Positions 1 through 10,468 are shown, numbered from the stretch's first letter. The stretch: DNA of 64,000 nucleotides from Candidatus Cloacimonadales bacterium (GCA_963674825.1 OY771587.1:2720001-2784000); one strand, 5' to 3'. The notes: generated by a model from the sequence alone, not told the origin. Made by a program: numbers and translations.

Positions 1-1178
1 AGGTTATTTTCTTCAATTTCGAAGAGAAGCGCGCATCAATCGAAGAAGCCCTCTCACCGATGGGACACTATGTGCGGTTTCGGCAAACGGATAGTATTGC
101 TGAGATGGAAAATGAAGAGCAGCCCGACCTATTGATTCATAACATCCACAATATTGAACAGCTTGACGATGCGTTTCTCGCCTATTTAAAGCGTTGTTAC
201 GAAGCGAGAGTTCCTACCGTTGTCATACTACCCGAACCCAATACGGATCTTCAAAAGCAGCTTATTGCCCAGAATGTCGACGCGGTTATCGAACCGCCAT
301 ACAGTGAGGCCGATCTGCTCTGCCGTATCAGGAACCTTATTCGTATTCGCAGGCTTCAGCAGTGGAGCGATATGCTTCTGCGCCAGCTTACAGATCTCCT
401 TCAACGGCGCACGCACGACCTCATCGACGAAGAACGGCAGACTGTTATCGATAACCTGATCAATGGTATATTCCACAACATTCGCGGTCCGCTAACCGGA
501 CTTTTCTTTGCCTGCGACACACTGTCGCTCTCGGTTCAGGATCTTGCAGGTGGCCCTGCTGGCTTGACCAGTCAGGCTGAAATCGCAGACTTGGATGGAA
601 GCGTGAACATGATCCGTAAAGCTGTCGAGCGTATGAACGACATGCTCTGCAAATTGCTCGAACGCAGTGAGGCGGACAGCCGCGCCTATCCGCAGGTGAT
701 TGACCTGAATCTGCTTGTGACCCAGGAAATCGAGCTGATGAAAGCGGATATGGAGTTCAAGCATCAGATTCATAAGACGATCGAGCTTCATCCCGAACCA
801 ATCGAGATAAAAGCCGTTCGCAGCGAGATCTCACAATCTATTTTCTCCATTCTGCGCAATGCGGTGGAAGCCCTGGCAGGGCATGAATCTCCTCAAATTG
901 AGATCCGCACCGATATTACCGATAACATGGCGAATATTTACATTGCGGATAACGGCCCCGGTATCGCCCCGGAGACTCGGGAACGAATATTCGAACCCTT
1001 TTTCAGCACCAAGCCCAAACCACCGGCCGATACGATCGGGGCGGCTGTCAGTAAAGGGCTGGGGTTGCATTTTTGCCGGCAGTCCATCCGGGCGAATCGC
1101 GGCGAAATTATCCTTGTTTCGGAGCCAGGCAAACGAACCTGCTTCCGGATCAAGCTGCCTCTTCACAAAGAACCATGA
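1..1178 (+). CDS. Hybrid sensor histidine kinase: degenerate receiver-like N-terminus + HisKA + HATPase; probably truncated at its 5' end by the window edge
   Basis: The frame is open from position 3 (VIFFNFEEKRASIEEALSPM...). H-box IFHNIRGPL, N-box ILRNAVEA, G1 ADNGPGI, F-box IFEPFFSTK, G2 GLGLHF. The N-terminus resembles a REC domain (PDLLIH, VIEPPYS..DLL.RIRNLIR) but has no obvious acceptor Asp. Confidence 0.88.
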   Translation, partial: VIFFNFEEKRASIEEALSPMGHYVRFRQTDSIAEMENEEQPDLLIHNIHNIEQLDDAFLAYLKRCYEARVPTVVILPEPNTDLQKQLIAQNVDAVIEPPYSEADLLCRIRNLIRIRRLQQWSDMLLRQLTDLLQRRTHDLIDEERQTVIDNLINGIFHNIRGPLTGLFFACDTLSLSVQDLAGGPAGLTSQAEIADLDGSVNMIRKAVERMNDMLCKLLERSEADSRAYPQVIDLNLLVTQEIELMKADMEFKHQIHKTIELHPEPIEIKAVRSEISQSIFSILRNAVEALAGHESPQIEIRTDITDNMANIYIADNGPGIAPETRERIFEPFFSTKPKPPADTIGAAVSKGLGLHFCRQSIRANRGEIILVSEPGKRTCFRIKLPLHKEP

Positions 1179-1432
1179 TCGACGAAAGACCGGAAGAACC
1201 CATCGAGGTGATGTTTTTCTTCGGGAAAGATAAGCGCTATCCTCAACGATTTCGATGGAATGGAGACGTTATCCAGATCGCTTCGAACAACGGCTACTGG
1301 ATGCGGCACATCGGCAATGTTCCATGCCACTACTACGCTGTTTCGGATGATATCGGCAATTACTACGAACTTGAGATGAACGGCGAGACACTGAAATGGA
1401 GATTGATGCGATATGTGCTTCAGACCGCATGA
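1175..1432 (+). CDS. Small hypothetical protein, DUF6504-like (85 aa)
   Basis: ATG at 1175 overlaps the upstream TGA (ATGA). The pattern P.RFRW.G....I.....YW...HYYAV......YEL......KWRL resembles DUF6504 proteins (from recall). Confidence 0.6.
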   Translation: MIDERPEEPIEVMFFFGKDKRYPQRFRWNGDVIQIASNNGYWMRHIGNVPCHYYAVSDDIGNYYELEMNGETLKWRLMRYVLQTA

Positions 1433-1573
1433 GTTTTCATGAAGTTCCTGCCATTTCGAGCTGTTGTGTTTGCTTTCTTTTAAGGATTCATGTAGATTAT
1501 ACATACGTGCAGTATTGGGTGCTGGTAGATAGCATTTACTTGCACCGACAGTAACAATAACCGGGAGTATTGA

Positions 1574-3595
1574 ATGAGTACAGAGCCATGCACAGGCGAG
1601 ATCGAACTTGAAGTCATCGGTAACGGCATATCGGCACTATTCAAACGCCTTTGTCCATTTTTACCGGACGGTACGGCTGTAACCAAAGAATACCTTATCG
1701 AGCTTCTCAAGGATAACAGCATTGTATCGGGCATCGATGAGAGTGCTATCGAGTATTATCTTGAAGTGGCAAATGATAAAAACGAACCACAAATGAATTG
1801 TCTGATTGCTCATTCCACACCTCCGAGAAAGAAAAAGACAGCACGTTTTTATTTCGAAGTCGAGTGTAAGCTGAAACCTGAAGCCAAGCCTGCCTGGCAC
1901 GCAATGTACAATTGTCTGAACGGTATCGATCCCGAAGGTTTTACGGTTATGTACCCGAGCGATATGATTCTCATGCATGAAAACCAACGTATTGGTTCGT
2001 ATCGTGAGAATCCCGAAAATGAAGATGGCGTCAATGTTTTCGGTGGGCGAATTCCCGCGTTAAGAGCTCATCCCGATGAATTACGTGCTGGTGTGAATGT
2101 CCTCTACGATGAGCGTACCGGATCTTTTACGGCAGGTGCGTGTGGGTACCTGTTGATATACGATAACACGATTCAGATTCTGGATGCTTTTGCCGTGTCC
2201 AAAGATAAAATGCACCTCTATTTCCTGAACCTGCCACGGATGAAGAAAGAACTCCCTACTCAGAAGGAAATCGATCGATATCAGCAGAAGAACAACATCA
2301 TGTTCGATATCAAATTCAGCGAGGACGATCTCGAATTATCTCCGATGAGTCATCCTGTTGTTTGCACCGGCAAGCAACCGGGTGAGTCGTTCGACGCGAC
2401 CATCGAAGAGCATTTCAGTATCGACAAAACGATCGGAACGATGGACGATCAGGGCAAGATCGACTTCAAAGAGCGCAACCTGTTTACCAGTATCGGTGGG
2501 GATGAGCTGCTCGCGGTAAAGAAGCTGCCGATTCGCGGTAAAGAAGGGATGGATATCTTCGGTAATCCCGTGTTTTCGCGAATGCCCAAGGACATTGTTC
2601 TCAAGAATGGTCCGGGAACCCGCGTTGAAAAGACGGAAGAGGAATTCCGCATTTTCAGTTTCGAGGATGGTATCGTAGAATACAATCATGGGATCATCTC
2701 AGTGTTTCCCAAAATCATCATCATGGGTGATGTCTGCTATGAAACCGGTAACATCGATTCCCGCGCAAATGTCGAGATCAGTGGGAGCGTGCTGGCCGGG
2801 TTCAATGTGAAGTCCGAGAAGAACATCTTCATCAAAGGCAATATCGAAGATCATTGTGAGATTGAATGCAAGGGTGATCTCTCGGTGATTGGCGGTATTA
2901 CCGGTGAATCGACCAAGATTGTCTGTCACGGAAACATGACAGCAAAATACATCGAATCCTGCTCCGTCCTTTCATATGGGCAACTGACTGTGCAGCGCTT
3001 CATTCGTGGAGCGAAGATCGAAGGACGACACAACATCATCGTGTTTGGGCATGGAATCAACCTCAATGAGCGTGGCGCGATCGTCGATGCCGAGATCAAG
3101 GTCACCAAGAAGCTTCTGGTGCCGGTCATTGGTTCGGATGCTGGCTTGAAGACCATTATTCATATTGCATATGACGAGCAGTTGCAAAAGAAGATCGATC
3201 AGCAGACCGAAGCCTGTCAGAAAATCGAAGAAGCGCTCAAAGCCATCACTGAACGGTTCAGTTTCGATATCCTGTCACCAACAATCTACGATGAAATGAA
3301 GAACATGACCGTCGATGTGAAGGAAAAAGTTATCAAGGCGTTGCGAGAAAAAAACCAGCTCGAAAAGAAGCAGGAGATGATGCAGCGCATTTTAGACAAG
3401 GAACTGAAAAACAAAGTAGATATGATCCGGGAATCCTCGGTCGATATAAGCGTAAAAATAATTCCGGACCTCATTCTGCGTGCGGAAGGCCTGCAACGAA
3501 CCATTGACAAAATAATGGGCCCATCCAAATTCTACCTCGATCTTGAGACGCATCTGATTGAGAAGAGCGTTGTTGTTGCGAAACCGGAAATCTGA
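1574..3595 (+). CDS. FapA / DUF342 family protein
   Basis: RBS GGGAG. Motifs G.IDFKE.N, GMDIFGN, GDVCYETGNID, VEISGSVLAGFNV, a beta-helix-like repeat and a C-terminal coiled coil are typical of DUF342. Confidence 0.8.
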   Translation: MSTEPCTGEIELEVIGNGISALFKRLCPFLPDGTAVTKEYLIELLKDNSIVSGIDESAIEYYLEVANDKNEPQMNCLIAHSTPPRKKKTARFYFEVECKLKPEAKPAWHAMYNCLNGIDPEGFTVMYPSDMILMHENQRIGSYRENPENEDGVNVFGGRIPALRAHPDELRAGVNVLYDERTGSFTAGACGYLLIYDNTIQILDAFAVSKDKMHLYFLNLPRMKKELPTQKEIDRYQQKNNIMFDIKFSEDDLELSPMSHPVVCTGKQPGESFDATIEEHFSIDKTIGTMDDQGKIDFKERNLFTSIGGDELLAVKKLPIRGKEGMDIFGNPVFSRMPKDIVLKNGPGTRVEKTEEEFRIFSFEDGIVEYNHGIISVFPKIIIMGDVCYETGNIDSRANVEISGSVLAGFNVKSEKNIFIKGNIEDHCEIECKGDLSVIGGITGESTKIVCHGNMTAKYIESCSVLSYGQLTVQRFIRGAKIEGRHNIIVFGHGINLNERGAIVDAEIKVTKKLLVPVIGSDAGLKTIIHIAYDEQLQKKIDQQTEACQKIEEALKAITERFSFDILSPTIYDEMKNMTVDVKEKVIKALREKNQLEKKQEMMQRILDKELKNKVDMIRESSVDISVKIIPDLILRAEGLQRTIDKIMGPSKFYLDLETHLIEKSVVVAKPEI

Positions 3596-3733
3596 TAGTG
3601 ATGGCAGTGCGATCATCGAGGTATTAAGGAAAAATTATTTCACTTCAGCCAGGTGCAGATTGGCCGATAATAATATGAACGGATTTAAACCTTTCACGCG
3701 AGAGGATAATTCGACATCCGAGCTGAGGTGCCC

Positions 3734-4636
3734 ATGCACAAACTAATTGTCTTATCACAAGAAGTCTTTGAGGCAGTGCAACATTCCAGGCCAATTCTGG
3801 CGCTGGAATCTACTATAATAGCGCATGGAATGCCTTACCCGCAAAACCTTGAAACAGCACTCAAGCTTGAACAAATCGCACGCGATAACGGCGCAGTTCC
3901 CGCTACAATCTGTATACACGACGGGAAAATTCGCATTGGATGCGATCGTGATTTGCTGGAACACCTGGCATCCAGCGATCAGGTATTAAAAGCAGGAACC
4001 CGTGAAATCCCTGAAGCGCTTGCCTCTGGGACAACAGCAGCAACGACCGTGTCCGGTACGCTCCATTGCGCGAATATGGCTGGTATCAAGGTCTTTGCGA
4101 CAGGTGGGATCGGTGGGGTTCATCGTGGTGCAGGATTGAGTTTCGATGTATCGGCTGATCTAACACAACTATCCAGAACACCCATGATTACCGTCACGGC
4201 CGGCGCTAAAGCGATCCTTGATGTTCCAGCGACGCTCGAATATCTTGAGACGCTTGCAATCCCGGTTTATGGATTCTGTACTGATACGTTTCCGCTTTTC
4301 TACTCGCATTTTTCGCAGTATCCTATCAGGAAACTGGTCTCTATTGATGGGATCACTACGCGTTTTAAAATGATGCAGGAATGCGGAATCACGAGCTCGA
4401 TGCTTGTCTGCAATCCGGTACCGATCGAATCGGAGATACCGTATGAGGAAATGAGTGGCTGGATCGAAAAAGCACTTGAGGAAAACAGCCATCTCCGAGG
4501 ACCCGAGATAACCCCCGCGCTACTCAAGACGATTGTTGAAAAGACGCAGGGACGATCCCTGAAAGCGAATATCGCACTGGTGGAATCGAATGTGAAGCTG
4601 GGTGCGATGATCGCTGTAAATCTATGTAATGAATAA
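3734..4636 (+). CDS. psuG: Pseudouridine-5'-phosphate glycosidase
   Basis: ALESTIIAHGMPYPQN, ATTVSGT, FATGGIGGVHRG, DVSADL, GAKAILD, TLEYLET. ATG at 3734 follows GAGGTG. Confidence 0.95.
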   Translation: MHKLIVLSQEVFEAVQHSRPILALESTIIAHGMPYPQNLETALKLEQIARDNGAVPATICIHDGKIRIGCDRDLLEHLASSDQVLKAGTREIPEALASGTTAATTVSGTLHCANMAGIKVFATGGIGGVHRGAGLSFDVSADLTQLSRTPMITVTAGAKAILDVPATLEYLETLAIPVYGFCTDTFPLFYSHFSQYPIRKLVSIDGITTRFKMMQECGITSSMLVCNPVPIESEIPYEEMSGWIEKALEENSHLRGPEITPALLKTIVEKTQGRSLKANIALVESNVKLGAMIAVNLCNE

Positions 4637-4656
4637 TAAAAGAGCAATAAAGGCCT

Positions 4657-6696
4657 ATGGAATTCGAAATTAACATTGATACCTCGCAGTCGATTGACAA
4701 CCAGATCGAGCAACTTGAGATCATGCTTCGCGACATGAACTCCAGTGGCTCAATGGACGATAACACACTCGTTAAAAAGAAAGTGGATATTCTGAATCAT
4801 CTTTCTACGCTCTACCGCAAGCACGCAGTGGTCAAAGATCTCGATATCTGTCGAATCTCGCTGGAACTTTCGGAAGACTACATCGACCAGGCGCTTGATC
4901 TGTCCCGCAGAGTCAGCTATAAGATGGGGGAGGGCTCAGCGCTCCTTAATCTCGGACAGAGCTGTTTCCTCTCGAACAATTACGAGCAAGCTCTCAACTA
5001 CCTTCAGCAAGCCTATTCCATCTTCAGCCAGGAACAATTGAAGTATGCCATGGGCGAAGCGTTGAATAACATCGGTATTATCTATTGGAACACCGGAAAG
5101 CATAATAAAGCGCTGGAGTATTACCTCAAGAGCCTGAAGGTCAAAGAGGAAATCAATGACAAAGACGGTATTGCGCGTCTTCTGAATAATATCGGACTCG
5201 TATATACCAACCTTTCCAACGAGAGAAAAGCGCTCACATATTACCTCAACGCGCTCCGTCTCAAGGAAGAACTTGGCGACGAGGCAAGCATATCCACCAC
5301 ATGTAACAACATCGGTATCATATACCGCAATATGCAGGAATTCGATAAAGCGCTGGAATATTATCTCCGCTCGCTCGAAATAAAGAAGAAGCTCGGGAAC
5401 GACCGTGGAGCTGCTTTCTCACACAATAATATCGGCCTCCTCTATTGGCGTAAAGGGGATATGCTTGATGCATTGAACCACTATGAAAGCGCACGTGAGA
5501 CGTTCGAGCGGATCGGTGACCGCTGGGGTGTGGCCAATACACTTAACAATATTGGTAACCTCAGCATCCATCTGCAAAACTACGATGTCGCTGCCGAGAA
5601 CCTCAAGAAGTCGCTCCAGATCGCGATTGATATGGAGAAACCCGATCTTGAGAAGTCGATCTACCGTTCGCTGACCGACCTTTACGAACGCAAAGCGAAG
5701 CAGCAGACGACAGCCGAAGGTCGCTCAGAAGCGCTTGATGAATCGCTGAACTACTTCAAGCAATTCAATGAAATCAACGAGAAGATTTTCAATGAGCGTA
5801 CCAGCAGCAAGATCGCGGAAGTTCAGGCTGCATACGAGATGGATAAAAAGGTCCGCGAGGCGGAAATCTATCGTCTGAAAAACATCCAGCTTACCGAGAT
5901 GTACAAACGCATTTCCTCACAGAATGCGGAGATCTCCGAGCAGAAAGAAAAGCTGGAAGTCCTGAACCACGAGCTTCACGAAGCCAACGCGACCAAGGAT
6001 AAGTTCTATTCGATCATTGCGCACGATCTGAAAAACCCGCTCAGTATTCTTCGTCTATCCGGTGAGATGCTGGAGGAAAATTTTGCTAACTTCGAGCGTG
6101 ATAAAATCTTACAGCTCATCAAGAAGATGAATATCGGCGCGAAACGGCTGGCCGACTTGCTCGACGACCTCCTTTCCTGGGCTCGCTTCCAGATGGAAAA
6201 AATCGAGTTCCAGCCTGAGGTGATCGACCTGTATGAAATTGCCAACGACGCCTGTTATCTGCTCAAGCCCAGTGCGGACAAGAAGCGGATCAACCTGATT
6301 TTCGACATTGAGCGACCCTGCAATGTGTTTGCGGATCGCAACATGATTAAAACTACCGTTCGTAACCTGATCTCCAATGCAATCAAGTTCACCGGATTCG
6401 ATGGCGAAGTACGATTGGAGACGCAGGACAAGAATAACCTGATAACCTTCAGTGTCATCGATAACGGTGTAGGAATTCCGCCGGAGAATCGCGACAAGCT
6501 GTTCCGTATCGATTCAACAATTTCTACGCTCGGAACAGCGCAGGAGAAAGGAACGGGCCTTGGTTTGATCCTCTGCAAGGAATTCATCACCAAGAATGGT
6601 GGTTCCATCCGGGTTGAGAGCGATGAAGGCAAGGGAAGCCGGTTCTTCTTCACGTTGCCGCGTTTCGAATCAACAAGCAACGAGAGTTCTGGGTAA
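4657..6696 (+). CDS. TPR-repeat sensor histidine kinase
   Basis: Tandem MalT-like TPRs (LNNIG.IY...G...KALEYY.KSL), IIAHDLKNPL, NLISNAIKFT, DNGVGI, GTGLGLILCKEF. Confidence 0.93.
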   Translation: MEFEINIDTSQSIDNQIEQLEIMLRDMNSSGSMDDNTLVKKKVDILNHLSTLYRKHAVVKDLDICRISLELSEDYIDQALDLSRRVSYKMGEGSALLNLGQSCFLSNNYEQALNYLQQAYSIFSQEQLKYAMGEALNNIGIIYWNTGKHNKALEYYLKSLKVKEEINDKDGIARLLNNIGLVYTNLSNERKALTYYLNALRLKEELGDEASISTTCNNIGIIYRNMQEFDKALEYYLRSLEIKKKLGNDRGAAFSHNNIGLLYWRKGDMLDALNHYESARETFERIGDRWGVANTLNNIGNLSIHLQNYDVAAENLKKSLQIAIDMEKPDLEKSIYRSLTDLYERKAKQQTTAEGRSEALDESLNYFKQFNEINEKIFNERTSSKIAEVQAAYEMDKKVREAEIYRLKNIQLTEMYKRISSQNAEISEQKEKLEVLNHELHEANATKDKFYSIIAHDLKNPLSILRLSGEMLEENFANFERDKILQLIKKMNIGAKRLADLLDDLLSWARFQMEKIEFQPEVIDLYEIANDACYLLKPSADKKRINLIFDIERPCNVFADRNMIKTTVRNLISNAIKFTGFDGEVRLETQDKNNLITFSVIDNGVGIPPENRDKLFRIDSTISTLGTAQEKGTGLGLILCKEFITKNGGSIRVESDEGKGSRFFFTLPRFESTSNESSG

Positions 6697-6702
6697 TAAG
6701 CT

Positions 6703-8100
6703 ATGAAAAACGATGCGCTTGAAATCGCCAGAGAAGACTTTCAGAAGCGGATCGACGAAGGATTTAACTTACTGCATAATTATCCTGAGAAGGCCGCTGA
6801 TTTAACAGCCAGGCTGCTTCAGAAGGCCATAGCCGAAGGCTGGAGGCTCGAGGAAGCACTGGCGACGCAGCTTACCGGCATTATCAAACGCACGAACGGA
6901 CATCTTAACGAAGCCCTTGAATATTACCGCAAAGCCCTGAAACTCATTCGTATGGAATCGGATGAGAACCGCCAGGCAGTGCTGCTTAACAATATCGGTA
7001 ACATCTATCTCGATTTCGGGCGATACTCCGATGCCTTAAAGCAGTTCAAAGAGTCGGTCAGGCTCAGCGAAAAGTTGGGTAATCAGGAAAACACCGCCGT
7101 AGCCATGAACAACATCGGCATAATCTATTACCGCATGGGCGAGTACGATCAATCGCTGAAGCACCATCAGGAAGCGCTGCGTATCAGCCGGGAAATCAAC
7201 GATCACTCCATGTTTGCCAGCTCGCGCAATTACATCTCCGTTCTCCTGGCGCGGCAGGGTTATCTGGAAGAGGCGATTCAGGCTGGCCTGGATTCACTGC
7301 GGTTGTACACTGAATTGGAGAATCGTAAGGGCATTGCATCGGTAAATGGCAACTTGGGAACCTATTACATCCAGCTCGGGGATTCCCGGAAAGCGCTTGC
7401 GCACCTCGAGGAATCCTATCGAATAGCCCTCGAGATGGACGACCGGAAAAGTATCATCAGCACCGAGAGCAACATCGGCAAGATATACAAGGACCTTGGT
7501 GACAACGAAAAGGCGTACGAATATCTCGAGAAAGCACTCATGGGAGCCCGGGAGTTTGGAATTGTGTATATCCAGCAGAAGATCTTGTTTCTTATGCACA
7601 ACATGCTGAAGGCCGATGGGAACTATGAAAGAGCGCTGGATTGCCACGAAGAGTACCACGAACTAAAGGTCAGTAGCCTGCAAATCGAGCGCAGCCAGCA
7701 GCTTGCGCAGATCCACACGCAGTACGAATTCGAGAAGAAAGAGCGCGAAGCCGAGATCTATCGTCTGCGCAATATCGAACTCGCGGAAACAAACCGAGTC
7801 CTGCAGGAGACCCGTGATGAGCTTGTCGCAGCCGAGCGACAGAACTCCACGCTCGCTATGGCCGTAACCGCCAACCATGAGATCAATCAGCCGTTAATGA
7901 TCATTCGCGGCAGCCTCGACATGCTCGAGCACCACCTTTCCGAACAACTTTCCGACCCCAAGCTTCGAAAATACGTCACCAGCATCCACGACAGTATAAA
8001 GCGTATCCAGGGTATACTCGCCAAGTTTAAAAAGGTGGGACGCCTGCGCTTAGAACCATACAGCGACGGATCGCAGATGATTGTGTTTGAGGACGAATAG
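6703..8100 (+). CDS. TPR protein with a C-terminal HisKA (DHp)-only domain and no ATPase domain
   Basis: TPR array, coiled coil (EREAEIYRLRNIEL), AMAVTANHEINQPL, then ends about 75 aa later with no N/G1/G2 boxes. Confidence 0.85.
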   Translation: MKNDALEIAREDFQKRIDEGFNLLHNYPEKAADLTARLLQKAIAEGWRLEEALATQLTGIIKRTNGHLNEALEYYRKALKLIRMESDENRQAVLLNNIGNIYLDFGRYSDALKQFKESVRLSEKLGNQENTAVAMNNIGIIYYRMGEYDQSLKHHQEALRISREINDHSMFASSRNYISVLLARQGYLEEAIQAGLDSLRLYTELENRKGIASVNGNLGTYYIQLGDSRKALAHLEESYRIALEMDDRKSIISTESNIGKIYKDLGDNEKAYEYLEKALMGAREFGIVYIQQKILFLMHNMLKADGNYERALDCHEEYHELKVSSLQIERSQQLAQIHTQYEFEKKEREAEIYRLRNIELAETNRVLQETRDELVAAERQNSTLAMAVTANHEINQPLMIIRGSLDMLEHHLSEQLSDPKLRKYVTSIHDSIKRIQGILAKFKKVGRLRLEPYSDGSQMIVFEDE

Positions 8101-8296
8101 AAGAAGTTACAAGTTACGAGTCCAGGAACGAGGCGTCCATATCTACAACGCTCTCAGAATCATCTCCGCGATACGTTGATCATCACAGAAATTCAGGTTT
8201 CCAAATCCGATAAACACACCTTCAGAAACGCTTAATAAAAAAAGATTGACGTTCAGCAGCATTGTGTTCTTTCTAAAAAAAACATTGGAGGGATAT

Positions 8297-8749
8297 ATGT
8301 TTGGACTGTCACCTGCCGTAATCTGGCTGATTATTGGCATCATCTTCATCGCGCTGGAGTTCGTGATTCCCGGGCTGGTCATCAGCTTTTTTGGTCTGGG
8401 AGCACTGATCACCGCGCTAACCACAGTCATCGGTCTGACCACGGGCTTCAACTTTCAGGTCATCGTGTTTATCGTGGCGTCGCTGGCGTCGCTGTTCCTC
8501 CTCAGGCGCTACATGAAGAAGGTCTTCATGGGCAAATCGGAGGGTGACGGCGTGAACGAGTTCAACCTCGATATCGGAAAAGTCGTGCCGGTCATTCAAA
8601 CCATCGATCCGAAGAAGAGCACCGGCAGGATAAAGTACCAGGGTACGCTCTGGAACGCATCCGCGGAAGAACTCATCCCCGAGGGTGAATCGGTTCGCAT
8701 CGTCGGGCGCGAGAATATAACCATCAAGGTCGAGAAGATCGAATCGTAA
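8297..8749 (+). CDS. NfeD/YbbJ family membrane protein
   Basis: ATG 8297 after GGAGG. WLIIGII...LEFVIPG..FFG.GA, C-terminal OB-like GRIKYQGTLWNA, located upstream of an SPFH gene. Confidence 0.9.
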   Translation: MFGLSPAVIWLIIGIIFIALEFVIPGLVISFFGLGALITALTTVIGLTTGFNFQVIVFIVASLASLFLLRRYMKKVFMGKSEGDGVNEFNLDIGKVVPVIQTIDPKKSTGRIKYQGTLWNASAEELIPEGESVRIVGRENITIKVEKIES

Positions 8750-8758
8750 GGAGGAATC

Positions 8759-9670
8759 ATGCCATACGCATTAGCTATTATCGGACTTCTGGTCATCATC
8801 ACCTTTTTCAAGACCATCCGTATCGTACCGAACCAGCACGCCTACATCGTCGAGCGCCTGGGTAAGTATTCAAAGACTCTCGAGGCCGGATTCCACATCC
8901 TGTTTCCCTTCATCGACAAGGTCTCCTACAAGTTCTCGCTCAAGGAAAACGCCATCGATGTGCCACCGCAAATGTGTATTACACGGGATAATATCTCGAT
9001 CGAGATCGACGGCGTCCTCTACGTCAAGATCTACGATCCCGTGAAAGCGGCTTACGGTATCAACGACTACCGCTACGCCATCATCCAGCTCGCGCAGACC
9101 ACAATGCGTTCCGAGATCGGTAAGCTCGACCTCGATGTTACCTTCGAATCGCGCGATGTTATCAACGCGGCCATCGTGCTCGCCATCGACGAAGCCTCCG
9201 ACCCGTGGGGCATCAAAGTGACACGCTACGAGATCAAGAACATTACTCCGCCGCCCACCATCATCGACGCCATGGAAAAACAGATGCGCGCCGAACGCGA
9301 GAAGCGCGAGCAGATATACCTCTCCGAAGGCGACAAGCTCTCCAAGATCAACCGCGCTGAAGGCGACAAGCAGGAAGCCATCAAACGCTCCGAGGGTGAA
9401 CGCCTGAAACGTGAGAACGAAGCCACCGGCGAGGCATTCGCCATCGAAGCCGTTGCAAAAGCCACCGCGATGAGTATCCGCGAGATCTCCAAGGCCATCA
9501 ACGAGCCTGGAGGCCAGCAGGCCGTGCAGCTACGTATCGCCCAGGACTGGATCGAATCCTTTGCCAAACTCGCCAAGGAAAACAACACCCTCATCATCCC
9601 CACCAATGTCACCGACATCGCCTCCGTGACATCCGTGGTCAAAACCGCCTTCGAAAGCGTGAAGAAGTAA
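8759..9670 (+). CDS. SPFH/stomatin-like protein (QmcA/YbbK, paraslipin type)
   Basis: VERLGKY, ITRDN, LAQTTMRSEIGKL.LD, WGIKVTRYEIKNI, MEKQMRAEREKR. Confidence 0.93.
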   Translation: MPYALAIIGLLVIITFFKTIRIVPNQHAYIVERLGKYSKTLEAGFHILFPFIDKVSYKFSLKENAIDVPPQMCITRDNISIEIDGVLYVKIYDPVKAAYGINDYRYAIIQLAQTTMRSEIGKLDLDVTFESRDVINAAIVLAIDEASDPWGIKVTRYEIKNITPPPTIIDAMEKQMRAEREKREQIYLSEGDKLSKINRAEGDKQEAIKRSEGERLKRENEATGEAFAIEAVAKATAMSIREISKAINEPGGQQAVQLRIAQDWIESFAKLAKENNTLIIPTNVTDIASVTSVVKTAFESVKK

Positions 9671-9695
9671 ATCAGTTAATCAGGATAGACTTTGT

Positions 9696-9721
9696 TCCCC
9701 CTCTGCGTTTGTGGAGGGGGA
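9696..9721. repeat. GC-rich hairpin (TCCCCCTCTGC-GTTT-GTGGAGGGGGA), REP-like
   Basis: 11-bp stem with G-U pairs and no U-tract. It abuts the RBS of the AT-rich gene at the left edge of the accessory islet. Confidence 0.5.
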
Positions 9722-9730
9722 GGAGAATAT

Positions 9731-10444
9731 ATGGATTTCTTTTTTGACTCAGCCGTAGAACTTTCTGAATTTACTCAGATGCTCAAAGTACCACATCGGG
9801 GAAAGGGGCGGAAAACAATTCATTGTGAGAAAGATAGCGCCTTCAATTTGGTCATTTTGATGGTTTCCAAGAATATTTTTGAACTTCCTATCAGAATCGA
9901 AATGAGGGATAAGCCGGATTGCTTTATTGATACCGGATCAAGAAAAATCGGAGTCGAGATAACTGAACTGGTTGCGAAAAATGAAGCTAAATTCGATGCC
10001 CTTTCTAATTGTGGTGTTATTCAATCAGAAAGCGAATACATTGATCTTGGAGCATTTGATTATCGAGATGAAGAGAAAAATCTTGATGAGCTTAAGGAAA
10101 TTGCCTCAGAGGACCCTTTTAAATCAAATGCTGTTTTTGGCGAGAAATTCGAAGAGGAACTTGAGTACGCGATCAAGGATAGAATACATGAAAAAAAAGA
10201 AAAATTCCATGGTTATACGTTTAGAAAAGAAAACTGGTTACTTCTTTATGATAATCTCTCGAAGCCGGGCACTGATGAGGAGATGGTAATGGAATCATTG
10301 AAAAATGATGGAATCGATATATCACCTTTTTCGTCGCTCATTCTTTTATCAGGATCATATTTGATTAAGTATGATTGTGAAACAAGAAGCTATAAGTATT
10401 TATGGGAAGACTTATTGCATAAATACCAGAGGACCAGAAGGTAA
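9731..10444 (+). CDS. Hypothetical AT-rich protein with a possible PD-(D/E)xK-like motif
   Basis: ATG 9731 after AGGAG. Visibly more AT-rich than its neighbours. Motif RDKPDCFI...KIGVEITE. Confidence 0.65.
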   Translation: MDFFFDSAVELSEFTQMLKVPHRGKGRKTIHCEKDSAFNLVILMVSKNIFELPIRIEMRDKPDCFIDTGSRKIGVEITELVAKNEAKFDALSNCGVIQSESEYIDLGAFDYRDEEKNLDELKEIASEDPFKSNAVFGEKFEEELEYAIKDRIHEKKEKFHGYTFRKENWLLLYDNLSKPGTDEEMVMESLKNDGIDISPFSSLILLSGSYLIKYDCETRSYKYLWEDLLHKYQRTRR

Positions 10445-10468
10445 GAGAATTCTGTATCGCACTTTTTC

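Noticed and set aside
1574..3595. FapA/DUF342 as evidence of a flagellar locus
   Set aside because: No flagellar or chemotaxis genes are in the window, and DUF342 alone is not diagnostic.
4900..7600. Recurrent AAYAAYATCGG motifs resembling a DNA repeat array or DGR template
   Set aside because: They encode the NNIG motif of TPR repeats. There is no reverse transcriptase and no adenine-specific TR/VR pair.
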